Shown here piece by piece: positions 18,092-27,337 of a stretch of 64,000 nucleotides of DNA. Below the pieces are notes generated by a model. The model was given only the letters and a program-made list of their open reading frames with translations. It had not been told where the DNA came from and did not search any database. The DNA is taken from positions 451,684 through 515,683 of the forward strand of contig OZ244720.1 in the NCBI GenBank assembly GCA_965219085.1, in the 5' to 3' direction. Both the position numbers and the translations under genes were made by a program. Source of the stretch: Dehalococcoidia bacterium (GTDB taxonomy: Bacteria > Chloroflexota > Dehalococcoidia > UBA2979). The first letter of the stretch is position 1; the number at the start of each line of letters is the position of its first letter.

Positions 18092-20752
18092 CTACTGTTG
18101 CTGCTGCGACCGCTCGATCTCGTCGAGGATGGCGCGCAGCCGGTTGAGCTCCTCCTGGGCCGCGTCAGCGGCGTCTTGCGCCTGCCGCAGCAGCGTGTCG
18201 AAGTCTCCGGCCGGTACCGAGACGTCGCTGCTGTCCTCACGTGGCGGGGTGGGCGCCGCCTGGGTGATCGTGCCGGCGCCTGGCAACGACGAGGCACGCC
18301 GGCCGAAGACGACATCGAGCGAGCGCTGGAACGTCTGCTCCATCGCGATGTTGTTGCCGTTTGCCACGACGACGCGCTTGAGCTCCGGGATGCGCGAGCT
18401 CTCGGCCTGCAGGTAGATCGGCTCGACGAACAGGAACGAGTCGCCGATGGGGATCATGAGCAGGTTGCCGCGGATCACCTCGGAGCCCGCGCCCTCCCAC
18501 AGCGTGAGCTGCGCGGAGATGCCGGGGTCCTGGTCGATGCGCGCCTCGATCTGCGCGGGGCCGAAGACGAGGTCGTCCGTCGGGAAACGGTAGGAGCGCA
18601 GCGCGCCCAGGTGCTCGCCATCGGAGCGGCCGGCGAGCCAGGCGATGGTGTTCTGCTTGTTGCGTGGCGTGAAGGGCATGATCAGCGAGAACTCCTCGAT
18701 TTCCTCGCCGGGCAGCTTCAGGATCACGTAGTAGGGCTCCAGCGGCTGTTCCTGTTGGCGGAACTTCTCCGTGGGGATGTTCCACAGGTCCTCGCCGAGG
18801 AAGAACACGCGCGGGTCCGTGATGTGGTAGCGCAGGTACTGCTGCGCCTGGAGCTGGAACATGTCCTCGGGGTAGCGCAGGTGCGCCTCGAGGAACGGCG
18901 GCATCTCCGCGCGGTCCGTGAAGAGGTCCGGGAAGATCCTCGCCCACGTCGCCGCGACCGGGTCGTCGCGATCCATGAGGTAGAAGGTCATGTCGCCGGT
19001 CTCGGCGTGGACCACCACCTTCACGCTGTTGCGGATGTAGTTGACGGTCCCGAGGTGCTGCGAGTACGGGAAGTCGCCCGAGACGGTATATGCGTCCTGG
19101 ATCCACAGCAACGCGCCGTCGGCGATGACGATGTACGGGTCAGCGTCGAGCCGCAGGAACGGCGCCACCTTCGTGATGCGGTCCGCCAGCGAACGGTGCA
19201 TGAGCAGCGTGGACTCGCCCGTGACACGGCCGGAGATGAGCAGGTTGCGGTCGCCGAGCTGCCACGCGAGCGCAAAGCGTCGCAGCAAGTTGGAAAGCTG
19301 GATGCCGCGATCCGGCTTGTAGGTCGTCTCGACGGTGGTCTCCCCGTCCGGGTAGTCGAACTCCTTCTCCTTCGTCTTGACGATGATGTAGTGGTCGGTC
19401 AACTCGCCGAAGTAGATGCGGGCGCCATCGTCGCTGATCGGCACGGCCTCGCCGACGGGCGGGATGTCGCGCGTGATCAGCACGGGCAGGCCTTCCGCCG
19501 TGATCTCGTTGACCGGCGCCACGACGGCGCCGAAGCCGTGCGTGAACTGCAGGCGCTCCTGCGTCCAGCCCGAACCCGCTGTCTGCGATGCGCGTCGCAG
19601 GTCCAGCTCGCGCGGCGCGAGCATCACCTGCCGCGGCTCTCCGTCGATCATGTAGCGATCGACGTCCACGTCGTCGAACGTGTAGAGGGGGCGGATCGAC
19701 TGGATCTGGACGAACGTGTCGCGAGTGGGGCGGGCGTCGAGGAGGCGGATGTTGGAGAGCGTCGCCCCATTGGCGGCGATCTCCTCCTCGGTCACGGCGG
19801 GCTCCGCCGGGAACGTGGTGACTTCGATCTCGTTGAGGCCCCAGGCGAGCCGCGTCATGTCGATGTTGCGGTCGATGTACAGCTCTTCCTTCTCGATCTC
19901 GTTCGGGTCGACCTGGAAGGACTGCACGAACGAGGGGTACACGAACCCACCGACGATGCCGGCGACAACCCAGAGCCCGATGGTGAAGGCGGGGACGCGC
20001 CAGCTCCCGCTCAGCACCGAGTTGGCGATGGTTGCCAGGCCCGCGAACGCGCCGAGGGCAACCATGGCGTAGCGCGCCGGCAGGCGCGCGTTGATGTCCG
20101 TGTAGGTCGCGCCGGTCACGATGCCGAGCCGCGAGGTGGCGAGGTCGAAGGCGGAGAGGTAGGTCCCGATCGCAATGACGAGCAGGATCAGTCCCACCAG
20201 CACGGAGATGTGGATGCGCATGCCGCGCGGCACCTGCAACTCGAAGCGCTGCAGCGAGTACGTCAGCGCGTACACCGAGCCCGCGCCCAGCGCGGAGACC
20301 ACGAGCAGCGACAGCACCCAGCCCTGGAAGAGGTGCAGCGCGGGCAGGTCGAACATGTAGAACGAGACGTCGCGGTTGAACGCCGGGTCGTTCAGGCCGA
20401 AGTCGACGGCGTACCACCACGACAGCACCGTCTCCCACGATCCCGCGGCGACCGCGCCGAAGATGATCGCGAGGAACAGCGTCATCGCGATCATGACGAC
20501 CGAGACGACGCGCCGGATGGCGTCGGGGTCGACGTCCTCGATGAACGACTCCTCGAAGCCCTGCGGCGCGAGCCTGCGCGCGAGCCAGATGTTGAAGCCG
20601 AGCACGACGAGCGTGATCAGCGTGCCGATCACGAAGAGCACCGCACGCGCGGCCAGCACGCGGCGGAAGTTGCTGGCGAACTCGACCGAGTCGAACCACA
20701 GGAAGTCGACGTAAAGCGACTTGGCGACATTCGCTGCCACGAACAGCAGCAC
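18092..20752 (-). CDS. UPF0182 family large membrane protein
   Basis: N-terminal TM cluster with YVDFLWF motif, large extracytoplasmic body; conserved N-terminal residues continue in-frame upstream to a CTG at 20881 (see findings). Confidence 0.8.
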   Translation of the reverse strand: MLLFVAANVAKSLYVDFLWFDSVEFASNFRRVLAARAVLFVIGTLITLVVLGFNIWLARRLAPQGFEESFIEDVDPDAIRRVVSVVMIAMTLFLAIIFGAVAAGSWETVLSWWYAVDFGLNDPAFNRDVSFYMFDLPALHLFQGWVLSLLVVSALGAGSVYALTYSLQRFELQVPRGMRIHISVLVGLILLVIAIGTYLSAFDLATSRLGIVTGATYTDINARLPARYAMVALGAFAGLATIANSVLSGSWRVPAFTIGLWVVAGIVGGFVYPSFVQSFQVDPNEIEKEELYIDRNIDMTRLAWGLNEIEVTTFPAEPAVTEEEIAANGATLSNIRLLDARPTRDTFVQIQSIRPLYTFDDVDVDRYMIDGEPRQVMLAPRELDLRRASQTAGSGWTQERLQFTHGFGAVVAPVNEITAEGLPVLITRDIPPVGEAVPISDDGARIYFGELTDHYIIVKTKEKEFDYPDGETTVETTYKPDRGIQLSNLLRRFALAWQLGDRNLLISGRVTGESTLLMHRSLADRITKVAPFLRLDADPYIVIADGALLWIQDAYTVSGDFPYSQHLGTVNYIRNSVKVVVHAETGDMTFYLMDRDDPVAATWARIFPDLFTDRAEMPPFLEAHLRYPEDMFQLQAQQYLRYHITDPRVFFLGEDLWNIPTEKFRQQEQPLEPYYVILKLPGEEIEEFSLIMPFTPRNKQNTIAWLAGRSDGEHLGALRSYRFPTDDLVFGPAQIEARIDQDPGISAQLTLWEGAGSEVIRGNLLMIPIGDSFLFVEPIYLQAESSRIPELKRVVVANGNNIAMEQTFQRSLDVVFGRRASSLPGAGTITQAAPTPPREDSSDVSVPAGDFDTLLRQAQDAADAAQEELNRLRAILDEIERSQQQQ

Positions 20753-20883
20753 GATCGCGGCGAGGAGTCCAATCCAGCGCAGCGAGATGGGTGAGCGGAA
20801 GTTGTTCGCGCCGCCGATCCGGAATGGCTCGTCGGGTGGCCCCAGGGGGCCGCGGTCTTCCCGGTCCTCGAAGAAGCCCAGGG

Positions 20884-21681
20884 TTACACCTCAATCCGTG
20901 TGCCGAGCGGTTCGCCCGCTACGATGCGCTCCAGTGTACGCCGCGCGCGGCCCTGCGCCACATGCACGCGCACGCGCTCCTCGGCGGCGCGCAGGCTGGC
21001 GTCGATTTTGGGCAACATCCCGCCCGCAAGCGTGCCCGCCGCGCGCAGCGTCGAGGCCTGCTCGGCCCCGAGCGTCGTGATGAGCTCGCCGGCATCGTCG
21101 AGGACGCCATCGACGTCCGTCATGAACACCAGCAGTTGCGCCCGCAGCGCGCGCGCGATCTCGCCCGCGACCGTGTCGGCGTTGATGTTGAGTGGCTGGC
21201 TCGGCGGCTCCAGCCCGATCGGGGCGATCACCGGAATCGCGCCGCTCTCGAGGATCGGGTGCAGCACCGAGGCGTCGATGCCCGTGATCTCGCCGACGAA
21301 CCCGAGGCGCTCGTCGGCGCGGCGCGCGCGCACCAGCCCGCCGTCGACGCCGGAGACGCCGACTGCGCGGCCGCCGAGGCGCACGATCTCGCTGACCAGC
21401 CGCGTGTTCACCACGCCGCGCAGCACGCCGATCACCACCTCGAGCGCCTCCTCGCTCGTCGCGCGCAGGCCGTCGACGAAGACGGCGGGCACCTCGAGGC
21501 GTTCGAGCCAGTCGGTGATCATCGCGCCGCCGCCGTGGACGACGATGGGGTAGAGGCCGTTGCGGCGCAGCGAGACGACGTCGACGAGCGTCGTGTCCTC
21601 GTCGCCGAGGGTGGAGCCGCCGATCTTGACGACGATCATGCGGTCGCTGGTGATGGCTCCAGTCGAGGGTGCTGAGGTCAT
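20884..21681 (-). CDS. argB: acetylglutamate kinase
   Basis: ATG at 21681 (MTSAPSTGAITSDRMIVVKIGGS) overlapping argJ stop as ATGA; upstream part of ORF is artefact. Confidence 0.9.
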   Translation of the reverse strand: MTSAPSTGAITSDRMIVVKIGGSTLGDEDTTLVDVVSLRRNGLYPIVVHGGGAMITDWLERLEVPAVFVDGLRATSEEALEVVIGVLRGVVNTRLVSEIVRLGGRAVGVSGVDGGLVRARRADERLGFVGEITGIDASVLHPILESGAIPVIAPIGLEPPSQPLNINADTVAGEIARALRAQLLVFMTDVDGVLDDAGELITTLGAEQASTLRAAGTLAGGMLPKIDASLRAAEERVRVHVAQGRARRTLERIVAGEPLGTRIEV

Positions 21682-22937
21682 GTCGTGTAGTCCGCGTTGA
21701 TGCTCACGTACTCGGCGGTCAGGTCGCATCCCCACGCCGTCGCGGTCGCCTCGCCCGAGGCGAGGTCGATGCGGATCCCGACTTCCTCGGTGTCCATGGC
21801 GGCGGAGATCTCCGCCTCGCTCGTCGCGGCCGGCGCGCCGTGGTCGAATGCGATGTGCTCGCCGATCCACACGCTGGCGGCCGCAAGGTCGAGCGAAGCC
21901 CCGGAGCGCCCGGCCGCCATCAGCACGCGCCCCCAGTTCGGGTCGCGGCCGGTCACCATGGTCTTCACGAGCGGCGACGAGCTGATCGTGCGCGCGCAGA
22001 GCCGCGCGTCCGCGACATTCGCCGCACCCTTGACCACCACCTCGATCAGCGTGTTCGCCCCCTCGCCGTCCCGTGCGAGCTGGCGCGCCAGCGTCACAGA
22101 GACCGCCTCGATGGCGCGTTCGAGGGCGTCCGCTGCGGGGTGACCGTCGGCGACGGGCTCGCCGCCCGCCGCGCCGTTGGCGAGCAGCAGCACCGTGTCG
22201 GACGTCGACGTGTCCATGTCCACGTCGATCATGTTGAACGAGCGGTCGCAGACGCGGCGCAGCGTCGCCTGCAGCCAGCCGTGGTCCGCAGGTGCGTCGG
22301 TCGTCAGGAAGCCGAACATCGTCGCCATGTCCGGGTGGATCATGCCCGAGCCCTTGGCGACCCCGCCGACGGTATATGTGCGGCCGCCCGCCTCGACGCG
22401 GACCGCGGCCTGCTTGGGGTGCGTGTCGGTGGTCATGATCGCGCGGGCGAACGCTTCGCCGCCCACCTCGGACACCTCGACGGCGTCGATGCCGGCCTCG
22501 ATCCGATCCATCGGCAGCAGGCGGCCGATCACGCCCGTCGAGGCGACGAGCACGTGCTGCTCATCGACGCCGAGCTTCGCGGCGGCGAGCGCCGCCATGC
22601 GCACGGCGTCCTCGACGCCCCGCGGGCCTGTCGCGACGTTCGAGTTGCCGGAGTTGGCCACGATGGCGCGCGCGGCGCCGCCCGCGGCGCGCTCGCGCGT
22701 GAGCCGCACCGGCTCACCGACGACGGCGTTGCGGGTGTAGACACCGGCGACGGTGCAGGGGCGGTCGGCGACGAGCATGCCCACGTCGAAGCGCGGCTCG
22801 GGCCCGTAGGTGCGAATACCCGCGTAGCTGCCGCCCGCGACGAACCCCGCGGGCGCGGTCACGCCGCCCTCGATGGTCTCGATGCGCGCCCCGACGGCCT
22901 GCGAGGGGTTGGTCAAGCGTGGCTCCCGTCCGGGCAT
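21678..22937 (-). CDS. argJ: bifunctional glutamate N-acetyltransferase / amino-acid acetyltransferase
   Basis: ArgJ family full-length including the ATML autoprocessing site (here TMFGFLTTD). Confidence 0.9.
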   Translation of the reverse strand: MPGREPRLTNPSQAVGARIETIEGGVTAPAGFVAGGSYAGIRTYGPEPRFDVGMLVADRPCTVAGVYTRNAVVGEPVRLTRERAAGGAARAIVANSGNSNVATGPRGVEDAVRMAALAAAKLGVDEQHVLVASTGVIGRLLPMDRIEAGIDAVEVSEVGGEAFARAIMTTDTHPKQAAVRVEAGGRTYTVGGVAKGSGMIHPDMATMFGFLTTDAPADHGWLQATLRRVCDRSFNMIDVDMDTSTSDTVLLLANGAAGGEPVADGHPAADALERAIEAVSVTLARQLARDGEGANTLIEVVVKGAANVADARLCARTISSSPLVKTMVTGRDPNWGRVLMAAGRSGASLDLAAASVWIGEHIAFDHGAPAATSEAEISAAMDTEEVGIRIDLASGEATATAWGCDLTAEYVSINADYTT

Positions 22938-22954
22938 CGAGTATAGGCAGCCAT

Positions 22955-23230
22955 ATCGCTTGTGCTCAGCCTGCCGGGATCGCTTGTGCTCAGCCTGCCG
23001 GGATCGCTTGTGCTCAGCCTGCCGGGATCGCTTGTGCTCAGCCTGCCGGGATCGCTTGTGCTCAGCCTGCCGGGATCGCTTGTGCTCAGCCTGCCGGGAT
23101 CGCTTGTGCTCAGCCTGCCGGGATCGCCCGCGCTCAGCCTGCCGGGATCGCTTGCGCTCAGCCTGCCGGGATCGCTTGCGCTTAGCCTTCCGGGATCGCT
23201 TGCGCTTAGCCTTCCGGGATCGCTTGCGCT
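22955..23230. repeat. 24-bp direct tandem repeat x11 (7 identical copies, then 4 diverged)
   Basis: Unit ATCGCTTGTGCTCAGCCTGCCGGG repeated head-to-tail; last copies encode the C-terminus of nth. Confidence 0.9.
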
Positions 23231-23937
23231 GAGGCGGCGGGGAGCCCGACGCGCGGGCAGTGCGCGAGCAGGGGGCAGCCTCCGCACTCGGGGTTGCGGG
23301 CGTGGCATGTGCGGCGCCCGTGCTGGATGAGGTCGACGTGGAACGGGAGCATCTGCTCCGGCTCCAGCATCTCCTCGATCAGTTCTGATTGCTGGTCGGG
23401 CGAGGCGCGCTGCGGCGTCAGCCCGAGTCGCATCGCAACACGCCCGACATGCGTGTCGACGGGCATCGCGGGCCGGCCGAGCGCGAACATGAGCGTCACG
23501 GCCGTGCTCTTGTGGCCTACGCCCGGCAGCGAGCGCAGCCACGCCTTGGCCTCCTCGATCGGCATCGCCTCGAGGAAGTCGATGTCGAAGTCCGGGACGC
23601 GGTCGCGCACCTCGGCGAGGAGCGCCTGCAGGCGCGGCGCCTTCGTCGGCGCGAGGCCCCCCGGCCGGATCGCGTCCTCGACCGCGCTCGTCGGCGCCTC
23701 GATCACGGCGTCCCACTCCGGGAAGCGCTCGATGAGGCGGTGGAACGCCCGCCCGGAGTTGTGGTCCGACGTGTGCTGCGAGAGCAGCGCGAGCACGAGC
23801 TCCGAGAGGGCGTCGCCGTGCGGGCGCTCGGGCGGCCGCCCGTACGCCTCGTCGAGGATCGCGAGCATCCCGGCGATGTCCCAACGGTCGGACGCCTCTT
23901 CGGGCGCCGGGGCGGACGTGCTACGTGTCGAGGCCAT
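23206..23937 (-). CDS. nth: endonuclease III
   Basis: HhH-GPD sequence plus C-terminal C-x6-C-x2-C-x5-C FeS cluster; ATG at 23937. Confidence 0.88.
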   Translation of the reverse strand: MASTRSTSAPAPEEASDRWDIAGMLAILDEAYGRPPERPHGDALSELVLALLSQHTSDHNSGRAFHRLIERFPEWDAVIEAPTSAVEDAIRPGGLAPTKAPRLQALLAEVRDRVPDFDIDFLEAMPIEEAKAWLRSLPGVGHKSTAVTLMFALGRPAMPVDTHVGRVAMRLGLTPQRASPDQQSELIEEMLEPEQMLPFHVDLIQHGRRTCHARNPECGGCPLLAHCPRVGLPAASAQAIPEG

Positions 23938-23982
23938 GACCGCATCGTACGATGGGGCGTGCATCGAGCGGAGGGATGGCGC

Positions 23983-25035
23983 GTGACGGCTGAACAGATT
24001 CGCCTCACCGAGCTCGCATCCTGCGGCGGCTGAGCGGGGAAGCTGGGTCTCGCGACCCTGGCGCAGGTGCTGCGCCCCCTGCACGAGGTCTTCGCTCCCG
24101 GGCAGCACCCCGAGCTGCTCGTCGGCCTGGCGCCGTCCGATGACGCCGCCGTGTACCGGCTGAGCGACGACCTCGCGGTCATCCAGACGCTCGACTTCTT
24201 CCCGCCCGTGGTGGATGACCCGTACACCTACGGCCAGATCGCCGCGGCGAACGCCATGTCCGACGTCTACGCGATGGGTGGCGAGGTGCGGCTCGCGCTC
24301 AACATCGCCGCGTTCCCGGAGGACCTCGACCCCGAGTTGCTCGCCGAGATCGTGCGCGGCGGCGCCGACAAGGTGGCCGAGGCGGGCGGTGTCGTCGCCG
24401 GCGGCCACACCGTGATCGACCAGGAGCCGAAGTTCGGGCTGTCGGTGATGGGCGTGATCCACCCCGACGCCGTGCTCACCACCGGTGGCGCGCGGCCCGG
24501 AGACGCGCTGCTGCTCACCAAGCCCCTCGGTACCGGCATCCTCATGAGCGCGGCCGGCGCGCAACACGACGGCGTCGAAGCAGGCTTCGAGGCGGCCGTC
24601 GAGTCGATGCGGACGCTGAACCGCCACCCCGCGCACCTCGCGCGTGCCGCCGGCGTGCACGCGATGACCGACGTGACGGGCTTCGGGCTCGCCGGGCACG
24701 CCTCCGAGATGGCGCTGCAGAGCGGCGCGACGCTCGTGATCGACCTCAACGCGCTGCCGCTGCTGCCCGACGCCGCGCGCTTCGCCGCCGACGGCGTCGT
24801 GACCGGCGGCGGCAACCGCAACGTCGCGCACCTCGGCGACCGCATCCGCATCGAGGGCGAGCCGGAGCAGGCGCTCGTCGACGTGTTCTACGACCCGCAG
24901 ACCTCGGGCGGCCTGCTCATCGCGCTGCCCGCGGCTGACGCCGAGGCGCTCCGCGAGGCGATCGCGGACGGGGGCGGCGGATGCTGGCGCATCGGACACG
25001 TCGAGGAGGGCCCGCCGCTCGTGGTGACCCGGTGA
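23983..25035 (+). CDS. selD: selenide, water dikinase (selenophosphate synthetase), selenocysteine-containing
   Basis: GTG start at 23983 with GGAGGG RBS; N-terminus MTAEQIRLTELASCGG-U-AGKLG with in-frame TGA at 24031-24033 where SelD has its catalytic Cys/Sec; ORF track only reports from 24067. Confidence 0.85.
24045..24058 (+). promoter_or_regulatory. candidate bacterial SECIS hairpin for selD UGA
   Basis: GGGTC tcgc GACCC stem-loop starting 12 nt after the UGA. Confidence 0.35.
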
Positions 25036-25763
25036 CGCCGCTGGCCCGCGCGGCGCTTGGGGCGCTGGGGCTCGCGCTGGCGCTGCTCGCCGCGTCGTGC
25101 AGCGGCGGCGAGGACGCGCCCGAGGCCACGGCGACCTCGACACCCACGGCCACCCCCACGCCCATCGACCCCGCCGCCCTGATCCGCGAGTCCGCCGGCC
25201 GCATGGAGGCCGTCGAGCGCTTCCACTTCACGCTCGATCACGAGAACGGGGCGAGCGAGATCGTGCGCGGCATCATGATGGTGTACGCCGAAGGCGACAT
25301 CGGCGGCGCGCAGCACATGCGCGCGGCGATCGAGGGTGCGCTCGGAACGCTCAAGTTCGAGACGGGCGTCATCGTGCTGCCCGAGGGAAGCTGGATCCAG
25401 AACCCCATCGACCGCAGCTGGGAGCCCGAGGACATTTCGATCGATGCGTTCTTCGACCCGCAGGAGGGCGTCGCAGCTCTCATGCGGGCGGTGCTCGACC
25501 CTGTCCTCGACGGCCGCGAGCGCGTCGGCGGCGTCGAGGCGTACCGCATCGAGGTGACCGCCGACTCGGGCGACCTCGCGATCTTCCCGACCGCCACGCC
25601 GGGCTTCGAGGTGCGCGCGACGCTGTGGATCGGCGTCGAGGATCTGCTCGTCTACCGCGTCGACGTGCGCGGGGCGATCTCCGAGACCGAGTCGCCCGAC
25701 ATCCTGCGCCGCCTCGAGTTGAGCCGCTTCGGCGAGGACGTGGACATTGTCCCGCCGCCCTGA
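25032..25763 (+). CDS. LppX/LprG (LprAFG) family lipoprotein
   Basis: GTG start overlapping selD stop (GTGA); signal peptide with lipobox LLAAS-C; followed by MFS pump as in the LprG-P55 operon. Confidence 0.7.
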   Translation: MTPLARAALGALGLALALLAASCSGGEDAPEATATSTPTATPTPIDPAALIRESAGRMEAVERFHFTLDHENGASEIVRGIMMVYAEGDIGGAQHMRAAIEGALGTLKFETGVIVLPEGSWIQNPIDRSWEPEDISIDAFFDPQEGVAALMRAVLDPVLDGRERVGGVEAYRIEVTADSGDLAIFPTATPGFEVRATLWIGVEDLLVYRVDVRGAISETESPDILRRLELSRFGEDVDIVPPP

Positions 25764-27243
25764 TCCTGGTCGCGCGGAGGCTGGGGATCTCGACGCGGCC
25801 GGGTCGCGCCACAGCGCATGGCTGCTGATCGCCGTCGCGGGCGGCGTGTTCATCGCCGCCGACGATCAGACCTCGGTGGTCACGGTGCTGCCTGCGCTGA
25901 TCCCGGACATCGGGCTGGCCGTCGACGACTTCTTCCTCGCGTCGTGGGTGATCAACGGGTACCTGCTCGGCTACATCGTGGCGCTGCCGATCGTGGGCCG
26001 CATCGCCGACGCGCGCGGTCACGGGCGCGTCTACGCCGCGTCGCTGGGCGTGTTCATGCTGGGCAGCGCGCTGGTGGCCGCTGCGCCGGACTTCTGGTTC
26101 CTGGTCGTCGCGAGGGGCTTGCAGGCCGTCGGGGGCGGCGCGGTCGTCCCGGTGGCGATGGCGATCGTCGTCGGGCAGATGCCGCCCGGGCGCCGCGCGC
26201 TCGGCCTCGGCGCGATCGCCGCGGCGTCCGAGGGGGGCGCCCTCGTCGGCCCGCTCTGGGGCGGCCTCATCACGGAACTGCTCGGCTGGCGGTGGATGTT
26301 CTGGCTCAACATCCCGATGTCGCTGCCCGTGCTCGCCGGCGTGTGGTGGCTCGCGCGCAACGAGCGCGCCGAGGGGCGCATCGACTGGCCGGGGGCGGCG
26401 ATGCTCGCCGCCGCGCTGGCCGCGCTCACCATCGCCATCGCCGACGACCCGATCGCGCCTCGGCCGTGGGCGATCACCGCGCTGCTGTTCACGGTCACGG
26501 CGGCGCTCGCGGTCGCGTTCGCGCTGCGCCAGCGCGGGCTCGAGGAGCCCATGGTGCGGCTCGCGATGTTCGCGCCGAGGCAGGTGTCGAGCTCGGCGGT
26601 GATGAGCGTGCTCGTCGGCGCGGGGCTCATCACCGCGCTCATCAGCGTGCCGCTCTTCGTCAACCTCGTGCTGGTCGAGCGCCCCATCGACGGCGGCGTG
26701 ACACTGCTGCGCTTCACCGCCGCCGTGCCCGTCGGCGCGCTCGCGGGCGGGTGGGTGACGGGGCGGATCGGTCCGCGTCTGCCGGCCGCTGTGGGCGTGC
26801 TGCTCGGGGCGATCTGCTTCGCCGGGCTCGTCGGGTGGGGCGAGGTGCTCCAGGAGGTCTGGCGCACGACACCGCTCGTCGTCGGGGGCTTCGGGTTCGG
26901 GCTGCTCATCGCCCCGCTCGGCGTGGCGGTGCTGAGCCATGTGCGCGACGAGGAGCGCGCCGTGGCCGCCTCGTGGCTCACGCTCGCGCGGATGGTCGGG
27001 ATGCTCGTGGGCACGGGACTGCTCACCTCGCACGGGCTGGGGCGGTTCTACGCGCGTGCCGGCTCGATCGAGTTCGGCTCGCCCGAGTTCGCCGAGCTGG
27101 TCACCGAGGCCCAGGTGTCGACGTTCCACGAGATATGGGTCGTCGCGGCTGCGGTGTTGGTGCTCACGGCCGCGCTGGCGTGGTGGCTGGGCGGCGATGG
27201 AGGGACGGGCGAGGGTGCGGCGGAGTGGTGGTCGGCGCGATGA
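25747..27243 (+). CDS. MFS efflux transporter (P55/Rv1410c-like)
   Basis: 14 TM-type MFS sequence, overlaps lipoprotein gene end. Confidence 0.8.
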   Translation: MSRRPDPGRAEAGDLDAAGSRHSAWLLIAVAGGVFIAADDQTSVVTVLPALIPDIGLAVDDFFLASWVINGYLLGYIVALPIVGRIADARGHGRVYAASLGVFMLGSALVAAAPDFWFLVVARGLQAVGGGAVVPVAMAIVVGQMPPGRRALGLGAIAAASEGGALVGPLWGGLITELLGWRWMFWLNIPMSLPVLAGVWWLARNERAEGRIDWPGAAMLAAALAALTIAIADDPIAPRPWAITALLFTVTAALAVAFALRQRGLEEPMVRLAMFAPRQVSSSAVMSVLVGAGLITALISVPLFVNLVLVERPIDGGVTLLRFTAAVPVGALAGGWVTGRIGPRLPAAVGVLLGAICFAGLVGWGEVLQEVWRTTPLVVGGFGFGLLIAPLGVAVLSHVRDEERAVAASWLTLARMVGMLVGTGLLTSHGLGRFYARAGSIEFGSPEFAELVTEAQVSTFHEIWVVAAAVLVLTAALAWWLGGDGGTGEGAAEWWSAR

Positions 27244-27290
27244 GGATGATCCGTTGGGCGGGTGGCGCCCGGCGGGGCCCAGGCGCGAAC

Positions 27291-27312
27291 GCGCCCCGGG
27301 CAACCGGGGCGC
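27291..27312. terminator. bidirectional GC hairpin between convergent MFS and acyl-CoA dehydrogenase genes
   Basis: GCGCCCCGG gcaa CCGGGGCGC perfect 9-bp stem. Confidence 0.4.
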
Positions 27313-27337
27313 GCTGCGTTGTGCGTGCGAGGTGGGG

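Noticed and set aside
17996-20894. 932-aa ORF 17996..20794 + and 584-aa ORF 19140..20894 - overlapping UPF0182
   Set aside because: Antisense or alternate-frame artefacts with biased composition; UPF0182 frame is clearly the coding one.
22955-23230. Possible CRISPR array
   Set aside because: Repeats are directly contiguous with no intervening spacers and no cas genes; classified as a tandem repeat/VNTR.
22873-23330. ORFs reading through the 24-bp repeat array in three frames (22873..23232, 22919..23185, 22962..23330) and 22913..23884 -
   Set aside because: Periodic translations (LSACRDR..., PAGIACAQ..., SLPGSLVL...) are by-products of the tandem repeat; region is intergenic apart from the last codons of nth.
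23206-25143. 645-aa ORF on minus strand
   Set aside because: Only the C-terminal 243 codons (from ATG 23937) are nth; the remainder is antisense to selD.
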